From a bacterium BMS3Bbin09 (GTDB lineage: Bacteria; Nitrospirota; Thermodesulfovibrionia; UBA6902): a DNA stretch of 54,231 bases. Both the position numbers and the translations under genes were made by a program. Shown in pieces: positions 20,309 through 29,587 of the stretch. The stretch spans positions 1-54,231 of the forward strand of contig BDTS01000023.1 of the NCBI GenBank assembly GCA_002897915.1. The letters are read 5' to 3'. Within the stretch, counting starts at the first letter, position 1; every line of letters starts with the position of its first letter. The notes under the pieces are model-generated. The model had not been told where the DNA came from. It worked only from the letters and a program-made list of their open reading frames with translations, and did no database searches.

Positions 20309-21487
20309 TTATTCTCTAACTCCAATGTATTCTTTTATGGCTTCGACTTTTCCGGTTTCAGCTACCTTGATCAGTTCATCAATTACATATTCCGCCTGAT
20401 CAGGAAGGTAATCTCTTCCGCCAAGGCCGAAGATCTTGTTAAGCATTGCCGGCTTGCTGTTCATTGACATAACAGCACCGGTGAGCTCAGAAAATAACGG
20501 GCCGTAACCTCCATATGAGTCAGCCCTGTCAAGGACAGTTATTGCCTTAACATGCTGTAGAGCTTTAGCTACTTTTTCAAAAGGGAAAGGCCTGAACATC
20601 CTGGGTTTGAGTAATCCGACTTTTACGCCTTTATCCCTGTATTGGTCGATTATGTCTTTGGTGGTGCCTGCCGCGGAACTCATGACAACAATCGCTATTT
20701 CAGCGTCATCAAGCCTGTATTCTTCAAAGAGACCGTATTTTCTGCCAGTTATTTTTTCGAATTCAGCCGCTACTTCAAGCACAACAGCCGGGACCTTCGT
20801 CATTACCTCATGCTGTGCTCTCTTGTACTCGTGGTAGAGGTCGGTAAGGATCAATGGGCCGTAGCTCTTCGGGTTGTCAAGGTCGAGCAAAGGATTGACC
20901 GCCTCGAACTTTCCTACGAAGTTTTTTACATCCGCGTCATCAATATATTCAACTCTCTCGATAGAGTGGCTGACGATAAAACCGTCCATGCAGACCATTG
21001 CCGGCACCCTGATCTCAAGGTGCTCCGCGATCCTGAAGGCCATTATGAGATTGTCATATGCTTCCTGTGCGTTCTCGGAATACATCTGTATCCAGCCTGT
21101 ATCCCTGGCGCCCATGCCGTCTGAATGGTCACCATGGATGTTAAGGGGAGCTGAAAGCGCCCTGTTTACCAGAGGCATAATTATGGGGAGTCTTGTTCCT
21201 GCTGCTATGTAAAGCATTTCCCACATGAGTGCGAGACCCTGTGACGATGTTGCCGTGGCAACCCTTCCGCCTGCGGCAGCAGCGCCTATGCATGCGCTCA
21301 TTGCACTGTGTTCGCTCTCTACGAGTACAAGTTCCGTATCAACCTTACCATCATTAACAAAGCCTGCAAACCTCTGCATGAGGTCAGTAGCTGGTGTAAT
21401 TGGATATGCTGCGCATACATCAGGGTTGATCTGCCTGAGGGCCTCTGCGCAGGCTTCGTTTCCTGTAACTGCAACTATCTTACCCAT
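20309..21487 (-). CDS. porA: Pyruvate:ferredoxin oxidoreductase alpha subunit
   Basis: AYPITPAT, ESEHSA, ATSSQG, FRPFP, GLGGRD. Confidence 0.95.
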   Translation of the reverse strand: MGKIVAVTGNEACAEALRQINPDVCAAYPITPATDLMQRFAGFVNDGKVDTELVLVESEHSAMSACIGAAAAGGRVATATSSQGLALMWEMLYIAAGTRLPIIMPLVNRALSAPLNIHGDHSDGMGARDTGWIQMYSENAQEAYDNLIMAFRIAEHLEIRVPAMVCMDGFIVSHSIERVEYIDDADVKNFVGKFEAVNPLLDLDNPKSYGPLILTDLYHEYKRAQHEVMTKVPAVVLEVAAEFEKITGRKYGLFEEYRLDDAEIAIVVMSSAAGTTKDIIDQYRDKGVKVGLLKPRMFRPFPFEKVAKALQHVKAITVLDRADSYGGYGPLFSELTGAVMSMNSKPAMLNKIFGLGGRDYLPDQAEYVIDELIKVAETGKVEAIKEYIGVRE

Positions 21488-21784
21488 TTATTTGCCCTCC
21501 TCTTCCATAACAATTGCTTTGTTGCCCTTTTTACCGGGGCACTCGAGGGCACAGATCCCACAGCCCTTGCAGTAATCAAAATCAAAATCTTCTCTTTTAC
21601 CTTCCGCGTTTACCTTGACTGACATGTCCGGGCAGTATATCCAGCAGAACATACACTGAATGCAGTTCTCTTCTATCCATCTCGGTCTCATTGACCGCCA
21701 TCCGCCTGTCTTGAACTTGACTGAACTTCCAGCTTCAAGGACAACGGAACCCTGGGGAAGTTCTTCCCAAAATTTCTTGCTCAT
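21488..21784 (-). CDS. porD: Pyruvate:ferredoxin oxidoreductase delta subunit
   Basis: KTGGWRS and two CxxCxxCxxxCP motifs. Confidence 0.95.
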   Translation of the reverse strand: MSKKFWEELPQGSVVLEAGSSVKFKTGGWRSMRPRWIEENCIQCMFCWIYCPDMSVKVNAEGKREDFDFDYCKGCGICALECPGKKGNKAIVMEEEGK

Positions 21785-22356
21785 CCTTCCTTTACCTCCT
21801 CATATCCGCGTCTTGTGGCTTCAAGATTGCCGTCTATGATCTTCTGGGCAAATTTTTTGCCAAAGCTCTTTTTAACATTTTCCAGCATTACATCCATCTC
21901 GACAACTCCGGTAGCCTTTGTGAGAGCGCCCAGCATTGAAGAATTCGGGAGCGGCCTTCCGAAAGACTCAACAGCGATCTTTGTAGCATCTACTGTGAAT
22001 ACCTTCTGGCTCTCTTTTGCCTGGAGTTTTTCTCTAACCTCTTTAGGGGCCTTTGATGTGTTTACAAGGTAGATCGCGTCGTCCGGTGCTCCTTCGGAAA
22101 CATTTACAGCATCCATCAGTGTTGCATCCGCGATACTGATGACCTTTGGGTGAAGGACCGGACCGTACATCCTTATCACACTATCACTTATCCTGTTAAA
22201 CGCCCTGATAGGGGCACCCGCTCTTTCGGGACCATACTCAGGGAATGCCTGGACATAACCTCCGCCGCTCAGACAAGCGTCTGCAAGGACCTTGGCTGCG
22301 GTAACTGTACCCTGACCGCCGCGGCCGTGCCAGCGAATTTCAATTGCTTTTGCCAT
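21781..22356 (-). CDS. porC: Pyruvate:ferredoxin oxidoreductase gamma subunit
   Basis: HGRGGQG, FPEYGPERAGAP. Confidence 0.95.
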   Translation of the reverse strand: MAKAIEIRWHGRGGQGTVTAAKVLADACLSGGGYVQAFPEYGPERAGAPIRAFNRISDSVIRMYGPVLHPKVISIADATLMDAVNVSEGAPDDAIYLVNTSKAPKEVREKLQAKESQKVFTVDATKIAVESFGRPLPNSSMLGALTKATGVVEMDVMLENVKKSFGKKFAQKIIDGNLEATRRGYEEVKEG

Positions 22357-22568
22357 GTTGTTTTCCTCCGGGATACTTCGATATTTATACTATTAAATGA
22401 TACAGATATGGAGGTATACTATATCGTAAACAATTAATATTTTCAAGGGGTATTGCACTAAGAGTTCCTTGCAACTTATTGCCGGATAATGTTAAAAACT
22501 TTCATGACCATAAAGATTGTGGTTGATATTGAGACAAATATATAAGGCTAAATCAAGAATTAAGAATC

Positions 22569-23984
22569 ATGGCAAAAGAAGTCATATTAGAAAATAGTCA
22601 GGGTATGAAAGGATTTTCAGTGCTCGTTATCGAGGACAATACCCTTTCGTTAAAAGAGACTGTGACTGCCCTTGAGAAGGCTGGCGCGGAGGTCTTCAAT
22701 GTCCCGGACTCTGCCCATGCAGCGGGACTGCTGCTTCACGAGCGTATTGATGTGATAATCGGAACTCTCGACCTTGTCGACGAACAGTGTATCGAGGTTA
22801 TAAAGAACTATAAGGCTCGCATGCCAAAAGCCCTTTTTTATGTGCTTACCGGGCAGGAATATGATTCGGTCGAGATATCGCAGGAATCGGTAAGGCTTGT
22901 CATAGACGATTATATAAAGAAGCCGCTTGATGTTGACCGTTTTGCGGGCATGATCGCGGCCAGCATAGGCAGGCCGGACGGGGACAAGTCACTCGCGGTT
23001 GCAGACCCCCTGGTCAGGAAGGTAAAACCATATTTTCTGTTCCGTTCCCCTGTCATGCGCCGGACACTTGCGGATCTTCCCCAGATATCGATGTCTGACC
23101 AGACAGTATTGATAACAGGGGATACAGGCACAGGCAAGGAGATAATTGCCCGTGCCATCCATGTGCTGAGTAGCCGCGCCTCGGGCCCTTTTGTGCCGAT
23201 CAACTGCGGGGCCATCCCGGAGAGCCTTATCGAAGGGGAGCTCTTCGGCCATGAAAAGGGCGCGTTCACCGGGGCCGTAAAGACCAGGAGGGGGAAATTT
23301 GAGACTGCGCATAATGGTACGCTCTTTCTGGACGAGATCGGGGATATGCCGCTTAATCTCCAGGTGCGTCTGCTCCGCGTGCTTGAGGAAGGGCAGATAC
23401 ACCGCATAGGCAGTGAGGCCCCCGTTTCCATCAATGTGCGTGTTATAGGGGCCTCCAACATTGACCTTAAAAAGGCCGTTGACGACGGGCTTTTCCGTGA
23501 TGACCTCTATTACCGTATCAACGTGCTCCGCCTTGAGCTGCCGCCGCTGAACAAACGGATCGAAGATATCTCGCTACTCGCGGTCCACTTCCTGGAAAGG
23601 GCGTTTGCCGAGATGGGGCGCTTAAAGCCTTATCCAAGCCTATCGTCAGAGACAATCTATATCCTTGAACAATGCCCGTGGAAAGGGAATGTCCGTGAAC
23701 TCAGGAATGTCATGACGCGGGTCGCTACACTGCTTCCCGGGGACACGAACCAGATATTCCCTTTTCATATACTGCCCCATCTTGACAGGACGGACAAGGT
23801 TCCTGTAAATTCTTCCAATAAGAAGGAAGCAGAGGGCGTTTTTATCTGGTCAGGGACAAACCTTAAAGAGGTTGAAGAGATGCTTATCAATAAGACACTG
23901 AAAACAACCGGCGGGAACAGGACGCAGGCAGCCAAACTGCTCGGTATCAGCCTCCGTACACTTCGGAGGAAGCTGAATAAATGA
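22569..23984 (+). CDS. Sigma-54-dependent activator with atypical receiver domain
   Basis: REC-like N-terminus, GDTGTGKE, GAFTGA, WKGNVREL, Fis HTH. Confidence 0.9.
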   Translation: MAKEVILENSQGMKGFSVLVIEDNTLSLKETVTALEKAGAEVFNVPDSAHAAGLLLHERIDVIIGTLDLVDEQCIEVIKNYKARMPKALFYVLTGQEYDSVEISQESVRLVIDDYIKKPLDVDRFAGMIAASIGRPDGDKSLAVADPLVRKVKPYFLFRSPVMRRTLADLPQISMSDQTVLITGDTGTGKEIIARAIHVLSSRASGPFVPINCGAIPESLIEGELFGHEKGAFTGAVKTRRGKFETAHNGTLFLDEIGDMPLNLQVRLLRVLEEGQIHRIGSEAPVSINVRVIGASNIDLKKAVDDGLFRDDLYYRINVLRLELPPLNKRIEDISLLAVHFLERAFAEMGRLKPYPSLSSETIYILEQCPWKGNVRELRNVMTRVATLLPGDTNQIFPFHILPHLDRTDKVPVNSSNKKEAEGVFIWSGTNLKEVEEMLINKTLKTTGGNRTQAAKLLGISLRTLRRKLNK

Positions 23985-24793
23985 ATTTCATAAAATCTAT
24001 CACTTTTATTAAAAAGAGATACCTAATACTGTGTATCCTGTCCCTGCCGCTGGCAATGCCGCTGCTCACAGGCGAATTCGACCTTACAGGCATGGTACAT
24101 AATTTCAATAAAAAAGGTCCTTTACTGAGAAGCGAGGTTCCTGATTTTAGCGGTATAAGTGATATGGAAGAGAAGAAAAGGAGCTTTTTTGAGTTTATCC
24201 GCCCTGAGATAGAGGCAGAGAATGCGAGAGTTCTTGTAAATCGGGAAAGGCTTCTGGACCTTTATAAGCAATACCGGAATAAGATCATATTCTCCATGGA
24301 AGATAAGGCATGGCTCGAAAAACTAAAGGTCAAATACAGGGTTAATGATAATTATGATGATCCGGAAATTGCATGGATAAAGCTGATAAGGCGGGTTGAT
24401 ATACTGCCTGTGGAGCTGGCGCTGGCCCAGGCTGCCAAGGAGTCGGGGTGGGGTACCTCCCGTTTCGCAAGGGCTGGCAATAATATTTTTGGCCAGTGGT
24501 GTTTTAAAGAGGGCTGCGGTATTGTGCCCGTCAATCGTGAAGAGGGGGCGAAACATGAGGTTCGGACGTTTAAATCCGTCAATGCGTCCGTGCGCAGCTA
24601 TATCCATAACCTTAATACTCATAGTGCATATAAGGAGTTCAGGAGTCTGCGTTTCGAGCAGCGCCGGGTTGGTAAAAAACTGGATGGATATTCTCTTGTA
24701 TCCGGGTTGCCGAGTTATTCCGAGCGGGGAGAGGCATATCTTGATGAGATACGCGATATGATGCTGGCCAATATGCATATCATGGGTTCATAA
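23981..24793 (+). CDS. Bax-like glucosaminidase-domain protein (GH73-like)
   Basis: LALAQAAKESGWGTSRFA..GNNIFGQWC, YIHNLNTH, YSERG. Confidence 0.88.
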   Translation: MNFIKSITFIKKRYLILCILSLPLAMPLLTGEFDLTGMVHNFNKKGPLLRSEVPDFSGISDMEEKKRSFFEFIRPEIEAENARVLVNRERLLDLYKQYRNKIIFSMEDKAWLEKLKVKYRVNDNYDDPEIAWIKLIRRVDILPVELALAQAAKESGWGTSRFARAGNNIFGQWCFKEGCGIVPVNREEGAKHEVRTFKSVNASVRSYIHNLNTHSAYKEFRSLRFEQRRVGKKLDGYSLVSGLPSYSERGEAYLDEIRDMMLANMHIMGS

Positions 24794-25851
24794 TGAAGAC
24801 ATCAAACAGGATAATACTCTTACTTTCATATTTAATACTAATGACGCTCTGTTTCAGCACTGTCGCGCTTTCGGCTGAGCATGCAGTGGTACTGCAGTAC
24901 CATCATTTTGGAGACAATATGCCTCCATCGACAAGCATAACGCTTGAGCAGTTTGACCAGCAACTCAAATATCTTTCGGAAAATGAATATAATGTATGGC
25001 CCCTCGAAAAGATAGTTGCTTACTTGAGGGAGAAGAAGGAACTCCCTGACAGATGTGTTGCCATAACAATTGACGATGCGTATGTTTCCGTATATGAAGA
25101 GGCCTTTCCCCGGCTTAAGAAGCTTGGCTATCCGTTTACGGTCTTTGTGCCGACGGAAGGAGTTGAGAAGGGGATAAAGAGCTATCTCACGTGGGAGCAG
25201 ATGAGAGAGATGCAGGGGGCCGGAGCTGTATTTGCCAGCCACAGCCACAGCCACGACTATCTCATCAGAAGGCAGCCAGGAGAAACTGAAGATGCATGGA
25301 TAGACAGGGTAATAAATGATATAGATAAATCCCTGAACATTCTTAAAGAAAAGCTCGGTTCTGCGTCTAAATTGTTTGCATACCCTTACGGGGAGTACAA
25401 TATCTCTCTGAAACAGATAATACGAAGTCTGGGCCTGACAGGCTTCGGTCAGCAATCAGGCGGTATATGGTATGGGAGCGACTTTGCGGCACTGCCCAGG
25501 TTTCCCATGGCTGCGAACTTCGCGGAAATGGACCAATTTATCACAAAGGTACGAAGCATGCCCCTTCCAGTAATATCCGTGGAACCTGGTGAACCGGTCC
25601 TGCCTCACGATGTATTAAAACCTGTCCTGAGGCTGACACTTGCACCCGGTGATTATCTGCCCGATTCCCTGACCTGTTATTCCGGGGAGCAGGGCAGGAT
25701 CAATGTCCGCTGGCTCGACCGGGATAAAGGCATTGTGGAGATCGTCCCGAATCAAGAGCTCTCCAAAGGCCGAAGCCGCTACAACTGTACGGCGCGTCAC
25801 AAAAAAGAGGACCGCTACTTCTGGTATAGCCATCTTTGGATAAGGGAATAG
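24793..25851 (+). CDS. Secreted polysaccharide deacetylase (CE4)
   Basis: Signal peptide, LQYHH, ITIDDAY, SHSHSH, FAYPYGEY. Confidence 0.9.
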   Translation: MKTSNRIILLLSYLILMTLCFSTVALSAEHAVVLQYHHFGDNMPPSTSITLEQFDQQLKYLSENEYNVWPLEKIVAYLREKKELPDRCVAITIDDAYVSVYEEAFPRLKKLGYPFTVFVPTEGVEKGIKSYLTWEQMREMQGAGAVFASHSHSHDYLIRRQPGETEDAWIDRVINDIDKSLNILKEKLGSASKLFAYPYGEYNISLKQIIRSLGLTGFGQQSGGIWYGSDFAALPRFPMAANFAEMDQFITKVRSMPLPVISVEPGEPVLPHDVLKPVLRLTLAPGDYLPDSLTCYSGEQGRINVRWLDRDKGIVEIVPNQELSKGRSRYNCTARHKKEDRYFWYSHLWIRE

Positions 25852-25909
25852 GTCATATAAGACCTATTAGTCCTATTGGTATAAGTCCTATAAGTCTTAT
25901 TCGACCTAT
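25848..25909. repeat. Degenerate 9 bp tandem repeat tract (TAAGTCCTA-like) with inverted ends
   Basis: ATAGGTC ... TAAGACCTA TTAGTCCTA ... TAAGTCCTA TAAGTCTTA TTCGACCTAT. Confidence 0.6.
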
Positions 25910-26017
25910 CTATACTTGTTTTGTTTTATCCAAAACAAGTATGATTAGAATTCATATATAATTCACATCTTAGTGATAATGTAAATTAAATAAATGGAAT
26001 TTTAAAGGAGCGATAAT

Positions 26018-26767
26018 ATGAAAAATATCTTAAGGATGTTCGCATTGATCGGGATTTTGGTTCTTACGGGCGGCATGAGCATTTCTTACGCACAGCCTCC
26101 GATGACGGAGGTTCCGCATAGTGATACGTCTTCCAACCCAGGGGTCAATTCACTTAAGGGCAAGGTCGTTGAAACAATGAACAGCGGCGGCTATACCTAC
26201 ATAAATATCGAGCAGGACGGCAAGGCAACCTGGGCTGCTGTGCCAGCAATGCAGGTTACGGTCGGGCAGGATGTTTCTGTTATGCCAGGGTTTGTAATGA
26301 ATAATTTCAAGAGCAGTTCGCTTGACCGCACCTTCGAGAGCATTGTCTTTTCCTCGGGAATCGCGGGAGATGAAGCTAAGACCTCCGATGCCATGCTTTC
26401 AGGCGGTGGACATGCCGGGGCAACTCCCGCTGAAAAGGTAGAAAATATAAAGGTAGATAAGGCTGAGGGTCCGGACGCATACACAGTTGCCGAGCTTCAT
26501 GCAAAACGGGGCGACCTCGATACAAAGAATGTTGTTCTCAGGGGACAGGTCGTCAAGGTTGGCAAGGCAATAATGGGTAAGAATTGGATACATATACAGG
26601 ACGGAAGCGGAAGTGTTTCAGACGGGACCAACGATATTATCGTAACATCTCAGGACGTTCCTGAAGTTGGGACGGTTGCAATTGCAAAAGGGACCCTGCA
26701 TAAAGATAAGGACTTCGGGATGGGTTACTTTTATACCGTGATCATAGAAGATGGAAGCATAAAATAA
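26018..26767 (+). CDS. Exported OB-fold (NrfJ-like) protein
   Basis: Signal peptide; GKVVETMNSGGYTY...WAAVP; GQVVK..IMGKNWIHIQDG; KDFGMGYFY. Confidence 0.7.
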   Translation: MKNILRMFALIGILVLTGGMSISYAQPPMTEVPHSDTSSNPGVNSLKGKVVETMNSGGYTYINIEQDGKATWAAVPAMQVTVGQDVSVMPGFVMNNFKSSSLDRTFESIVFSSGIAGDEAKTSDAMLSGGGHAGATPAEKVENIKVDKAEGPDAYTVAELHAKRGDLDTKNVVLRGQVVKVGKAIMGKNWIHIQDGSGSVSDGTNDIIVTSQDVPEVGTVAIAKGTLHKDKDFGMGYFYTVIIEDGSIK

Positions 26768-26781
26768 TCGCGAAAGTTATT

Positions 26782-26809
26782 GTAGGGGCAGGTTTAAAAC
26801 CTGCCCTTA
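26782..26809. repeat. GTAG-type REP-like palindrome, copy 2
   Basis: GTAGGGGCAGGTTTAAAACCTGCCCTTA; contains the DUF167 stop codon. Confidence 0.85.
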
Positions 26810-27094
26810 TTTTTTTGTTTTCCAGTCATCAACATTTCTCACGCCATTTAATTTTACGATCTTGTTTTTTGAGGATTGCCCGGAAACGATCTCTACATCC
26901 TTTTTGGCGATCCTGAATCCCTTTGCGAGTACTTCGATGAGTTCTTTATTGGCTTTCCCTTCGATTGGAGGGGAGGTGAGCTTGACCTTTAGCGCGTTGC
27001 CGTACGGACCGACGATCTCCGCGCGGGATGAGCGCGGCTCAACTTTAATATTAAGCGTGAGAAAAGTGTCTGTCTTTGGCTTCCCCATTTTCAC
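26807..27094 (-). CDS. DUF167/YggU family protein
   Basis: KVEPRSSR, LKVKLTSPPIEGKANKELI, GQSSKNK. Confidence 0.9.
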   Translation of the reverse strand: MKMGKPKTDTFLTLNIKVEPRSSRAEIVGPYGNALKVKLTSPPIEGKANKELIEVLAKGFRIAKKDVEIVSGQSSKNKIVKLNGVRNVDDWKTKK

Positions 27095-27101
27095 CTTTCG
27101 A

Positions 27102-27181
27102 GCCCCGGTAGTCTATTATTTGCGAAGCAAATTATTGGGGCGAAGCCCCCGTGTAGCGTTTTCGAAGAAAACTACGGGGGC
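27102..27181. repeat. Two tandem imperfect hairpins with GAA triloops
   Basis: GCCCC..ATTTGC-GAA-GCAAAT..GGGGC and GCCCCCGT..GTTTTC-GAA-GAAAAC-TACGGGGGC. Confidence 0.65.
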
Positions 27182-27190
27182 CCACTTCTG

Positions 27191-28087
27191 TCATGCAAAC
27201 ACAATCCCCATCTTAATTATATTGAGAGGCGGCAGATAACTGCCGATAGCGAGCAGGTCGCCGTCAGGTGTCGTTATCCGTATGCCGGTTTTATTTTCGT
27301 ATTCCTCTGAAAGCTCGGAATCCTTCAGCGTTATGGGGTTCCCGTGAATGACTGCCTTGATCTGATCTGCCTTAATTATGAACTCGGGCATCCAGTAAAG
27401 CGCCTCGTTCAGAGTATATATGCCTTTGTTCAATTGCGCCCTTTCGGCGGCTGACATCAGCTCATCGGGGCTCAGGCTCTCATTCAGACTGAATGATCCT
27501 ATGGAAGTGCGTTCAAGTTCAGAGAGGTGTGCCTCGGTGCCGAGCTTTTGGCCTATGTCATAAGAGAGAGTTCTTATGTATGTGCCTTTTGAACAGCGTA
27601 CCTTGAACTCAACATAAGGGATGTTTATTCTTAGGAGTTCAATGCTGTAGATAGTGATCTCCCTCGGCTTACGTTCGATCTCAATGCCCTGTCTCGCGTA
27701 CTTGTAAAGGGCCTTCCCCTTGTGCTTGAGGGCCGAGAACATGGGCGGCTGCTGCAATATCCTGCCCTCAAACGCTTTAAGGGCTTCCCTGATCGCGTTT
27801 TCGTCAAAATCGATCTTATCACTGGATGCGGTCTCTATTCCACGTGCATCCTGCGTGTCTGTCGATTCTCCGAGTTTCAGAACAGCGCGGTATTCCTTGT
27901 CAAGGTCCGTGAAATATGAGGCGAGACGGGTAGCCTTGTTAATACAGACGAGCAGGAGTCCGGTTGCCATCGGGTCGAGCGTGCCAGTATGCCCGGCTTT
28001 TTTTACATTAAGTATTCTTTTGACTTTTGTGACAGCGTCCTGGGATGTGATGTCCCGGGGTTTGTTGAGGCTTATAATAATGTCCAT
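27191..28087 (-). CDS. truB: tRNA pseudouridine(55) synthase
   Basis: KAGHTGTLDPMATG, PPMFSALK, CSKGTYIRTL. Confidence 0.97.
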   Translation of the reverse strand: MDIIISLNKPRDITSQDAVTKVKRILNVKKAGHTGTLDPMATGLLLVCINKATRLASYFTDLDKEYRAVLKLGESTDTQDARGIETASSDKIDFDENAIREALKAFEGRILQQPPMFSALKHKGKALYKYARQGIEIERKPREITIYSIELLRINIPYVEFKVRCSKGTYIRTLSYDIGQKLGTEAHLSELERTSIGSFSLNESLSPDELMSAAERAQLNKGIYTLNEALYWMPEFIIKADQIKAVIHGNPITLKDSELSEEYENKTGIRITTPDGDLLAIGSYLPPLNIIKMGIVFA

Positions 28088-28094
28088 CTTTATG

Positions 28095-29072
28095 CTATTT
28101 TTTCATTTCTTTCTTTATCGCTTTTAATATTTTATCCTGTACTTCTTTTAACGAGCCAGTTACCCTGCATCCTGCGGCAGGGGCGTGTCCGCCTCCATCA
28201 AAGCTTTTTGCGATCTTCTGGACATTTATCTTGCCTTTTGAACGTAGACTGACCTTATATGCATTGGTGCCGTTGTACCTGAAGAAGACAGCGACCTCGA
28301 CTCCTTTGACCTTCCTTGGGAAATCTACAAAGTCTTCACAGTTACCAGGTGTCGCACCGGTTTTTTTGAACATCGAGTCTGTCGTAGAGATCCATGCTAC
28401 ACTATTCTTTCTCTCGAGTGTCGCGAGACTTAGGCCCAGCAGCTTCATTGACCTGTAGGGTTTGTTTTCGTATATCTCTTTGGATATGCTCCAGGGTTTT
28501 GCGCCCGCCTCAACAAGGTGAGAGGCGATCCTTAAAGCCTCGGGAGATGAATTGGAATATCTGAACCCTCCGGTATCCACGATTATGGCCGCGTACAGGT
28601 TGGCTGCTATATTTTTTTCTATATCGATCTTCAGTGCCTTTAAAAGTTTGTAGACTATCATTCCGGTAGCTGCTGAGCCGGTATCGATTATACATTCAGC
28701 CAGGGACCTGTGAAATCCTGACCTTGCGGTGCTTGCGGGCAGAACATGATGGTCAAGGACAATAATATTTTTTGCGCTTATGGACTCGAACCCTGTCCTG
28801 TCCAGCGTGTTGCAGTCCAGAATAAAAAGGAGGTCGCACTCCTTTTTTGGTGGTGAGTGTTTCACTGTCTTTGCTGACGGAAGAAACTCCAGGGATTCAG
28901 GCAAAGGATCCTTTGTGAGGACGGTCACATCTTTTTTCCCTATTTTTTTCAGTCCGAGCGCCAGTCCCAGACATGAGCCTACGGAATCGCCGTCAGGGTT
29001 GATATGGCCTGTAATAACGAATGAGTTGCTTTGTTTTATTAGCCGGATAAGTTTAGAAGAGATCTTCATCAT
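28095..29072 (-). CDS. nrnA: DHH family nanoRNase/pAp phosphatase
   Basis: HINPDGDSVGS, LDHH, DTGGFRYS, SLRS, GGGH; usual position between rbfA and truB. Confidence 0.88.
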   Translation of the reverse strand: MMKISSKLIRLIKQSNSFVITGHINPDGDSVGSCLGLALGLKKIGKKDVTVLTKDPLPESLEFLPSAKTVKHSPPKKECDLLFILDCNTLDRTGFESISAKNIIVLDHHVLPASTARSGFHRSLAECIIDTGSAATGMIVYKLLKALKIDIEKNIAANLYAAIIVDTGGFRYSNSSPEALRIASHLVEAGAKPWSISKEIYENKPYRSMKLLGLSLATLERKNSVAWISTTDSMFKKTGATPGNCEDFVDFPRKVKGVEVAVFFRYNGTNAYKVSLRSKGKINVQKIAKSFDGGGHAPAAGCRVTGSLKEVQDKILKAIKKEMKK

Positions 29073-29430
29073 CGCCTTGAATTGCCTTTCCGGATTTGAT
29101 ATCATCAAACAGCTTGTCTATCTTCATGCCGTACTTGATCGCTTCGTCGATCTTGAACCTGAGTGATGGTACGAACCTCATTGTTAATCTCTTTGCCAGT
29201 TCGCCCTTTATGAACGGCCCAAGCGCGTTTAGCTTGCTTACCGTCCTGTCACCTTCTTCGGTCTTCAGGACACTAACATATATTGTCGCACTCCTGAGGT
29301 CGTCACTAACATTTGCACCTGTAACAGTTATAAAGCCGAGGGACTTGTGCTTTACCTTGTTCATTATAATATCGGCGACTTCTTCCTTTATCAGGTCACC
29401 GACCCTTACTGAACGTTTATATGGTTGCAT
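29053..29430 (-). CDS. rbfA: Ribosome-binding factor A
   Basis: KRSVRVGDLIKEE, VSDDLRSA, MRFVPSLRFKID. Confidence 0.95.
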   Translation of the reverse strand: MQPYKRSVRVGDLIKEEVADIIMNKVKHKSLGFITVTGANVSDDLRSATIYVSVLKTEEGDRTVSKLNALGPFIKGELAKRLTMRFVPSLRFKIDEAIKYGMKIDKLFDDIKSGKAIQGDDEDLF

Positions 29431-29464
29431 AATTAGCTCCGGTAATTAAGTTGTTAGCTGATAA

Positions 29465-29572
29465 CTATAAGTTAATAGCTTTTTTATCATAGCATTTCCA
29501 TATCGGAAATTTGGATTTCAGAGAAGTTGCTTCGGGTATATGCAGATCAAGTGTAAGGAGACCGGCTATCAT
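29465..29572 (-). pseudogene. DUF503 (YlxP) remnant with internal deletion
   Basis: Translates MIAGLLTLDLHIPEATSLKSK (typical DUF503 N-terminus), then joins out of frame to a C-terminal-like ISDMEML*; sits in the expected infB-rbfA slot. Confidence 0.7.
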
Positions 29573-29587
29573 GTCATTATAAAAGTT

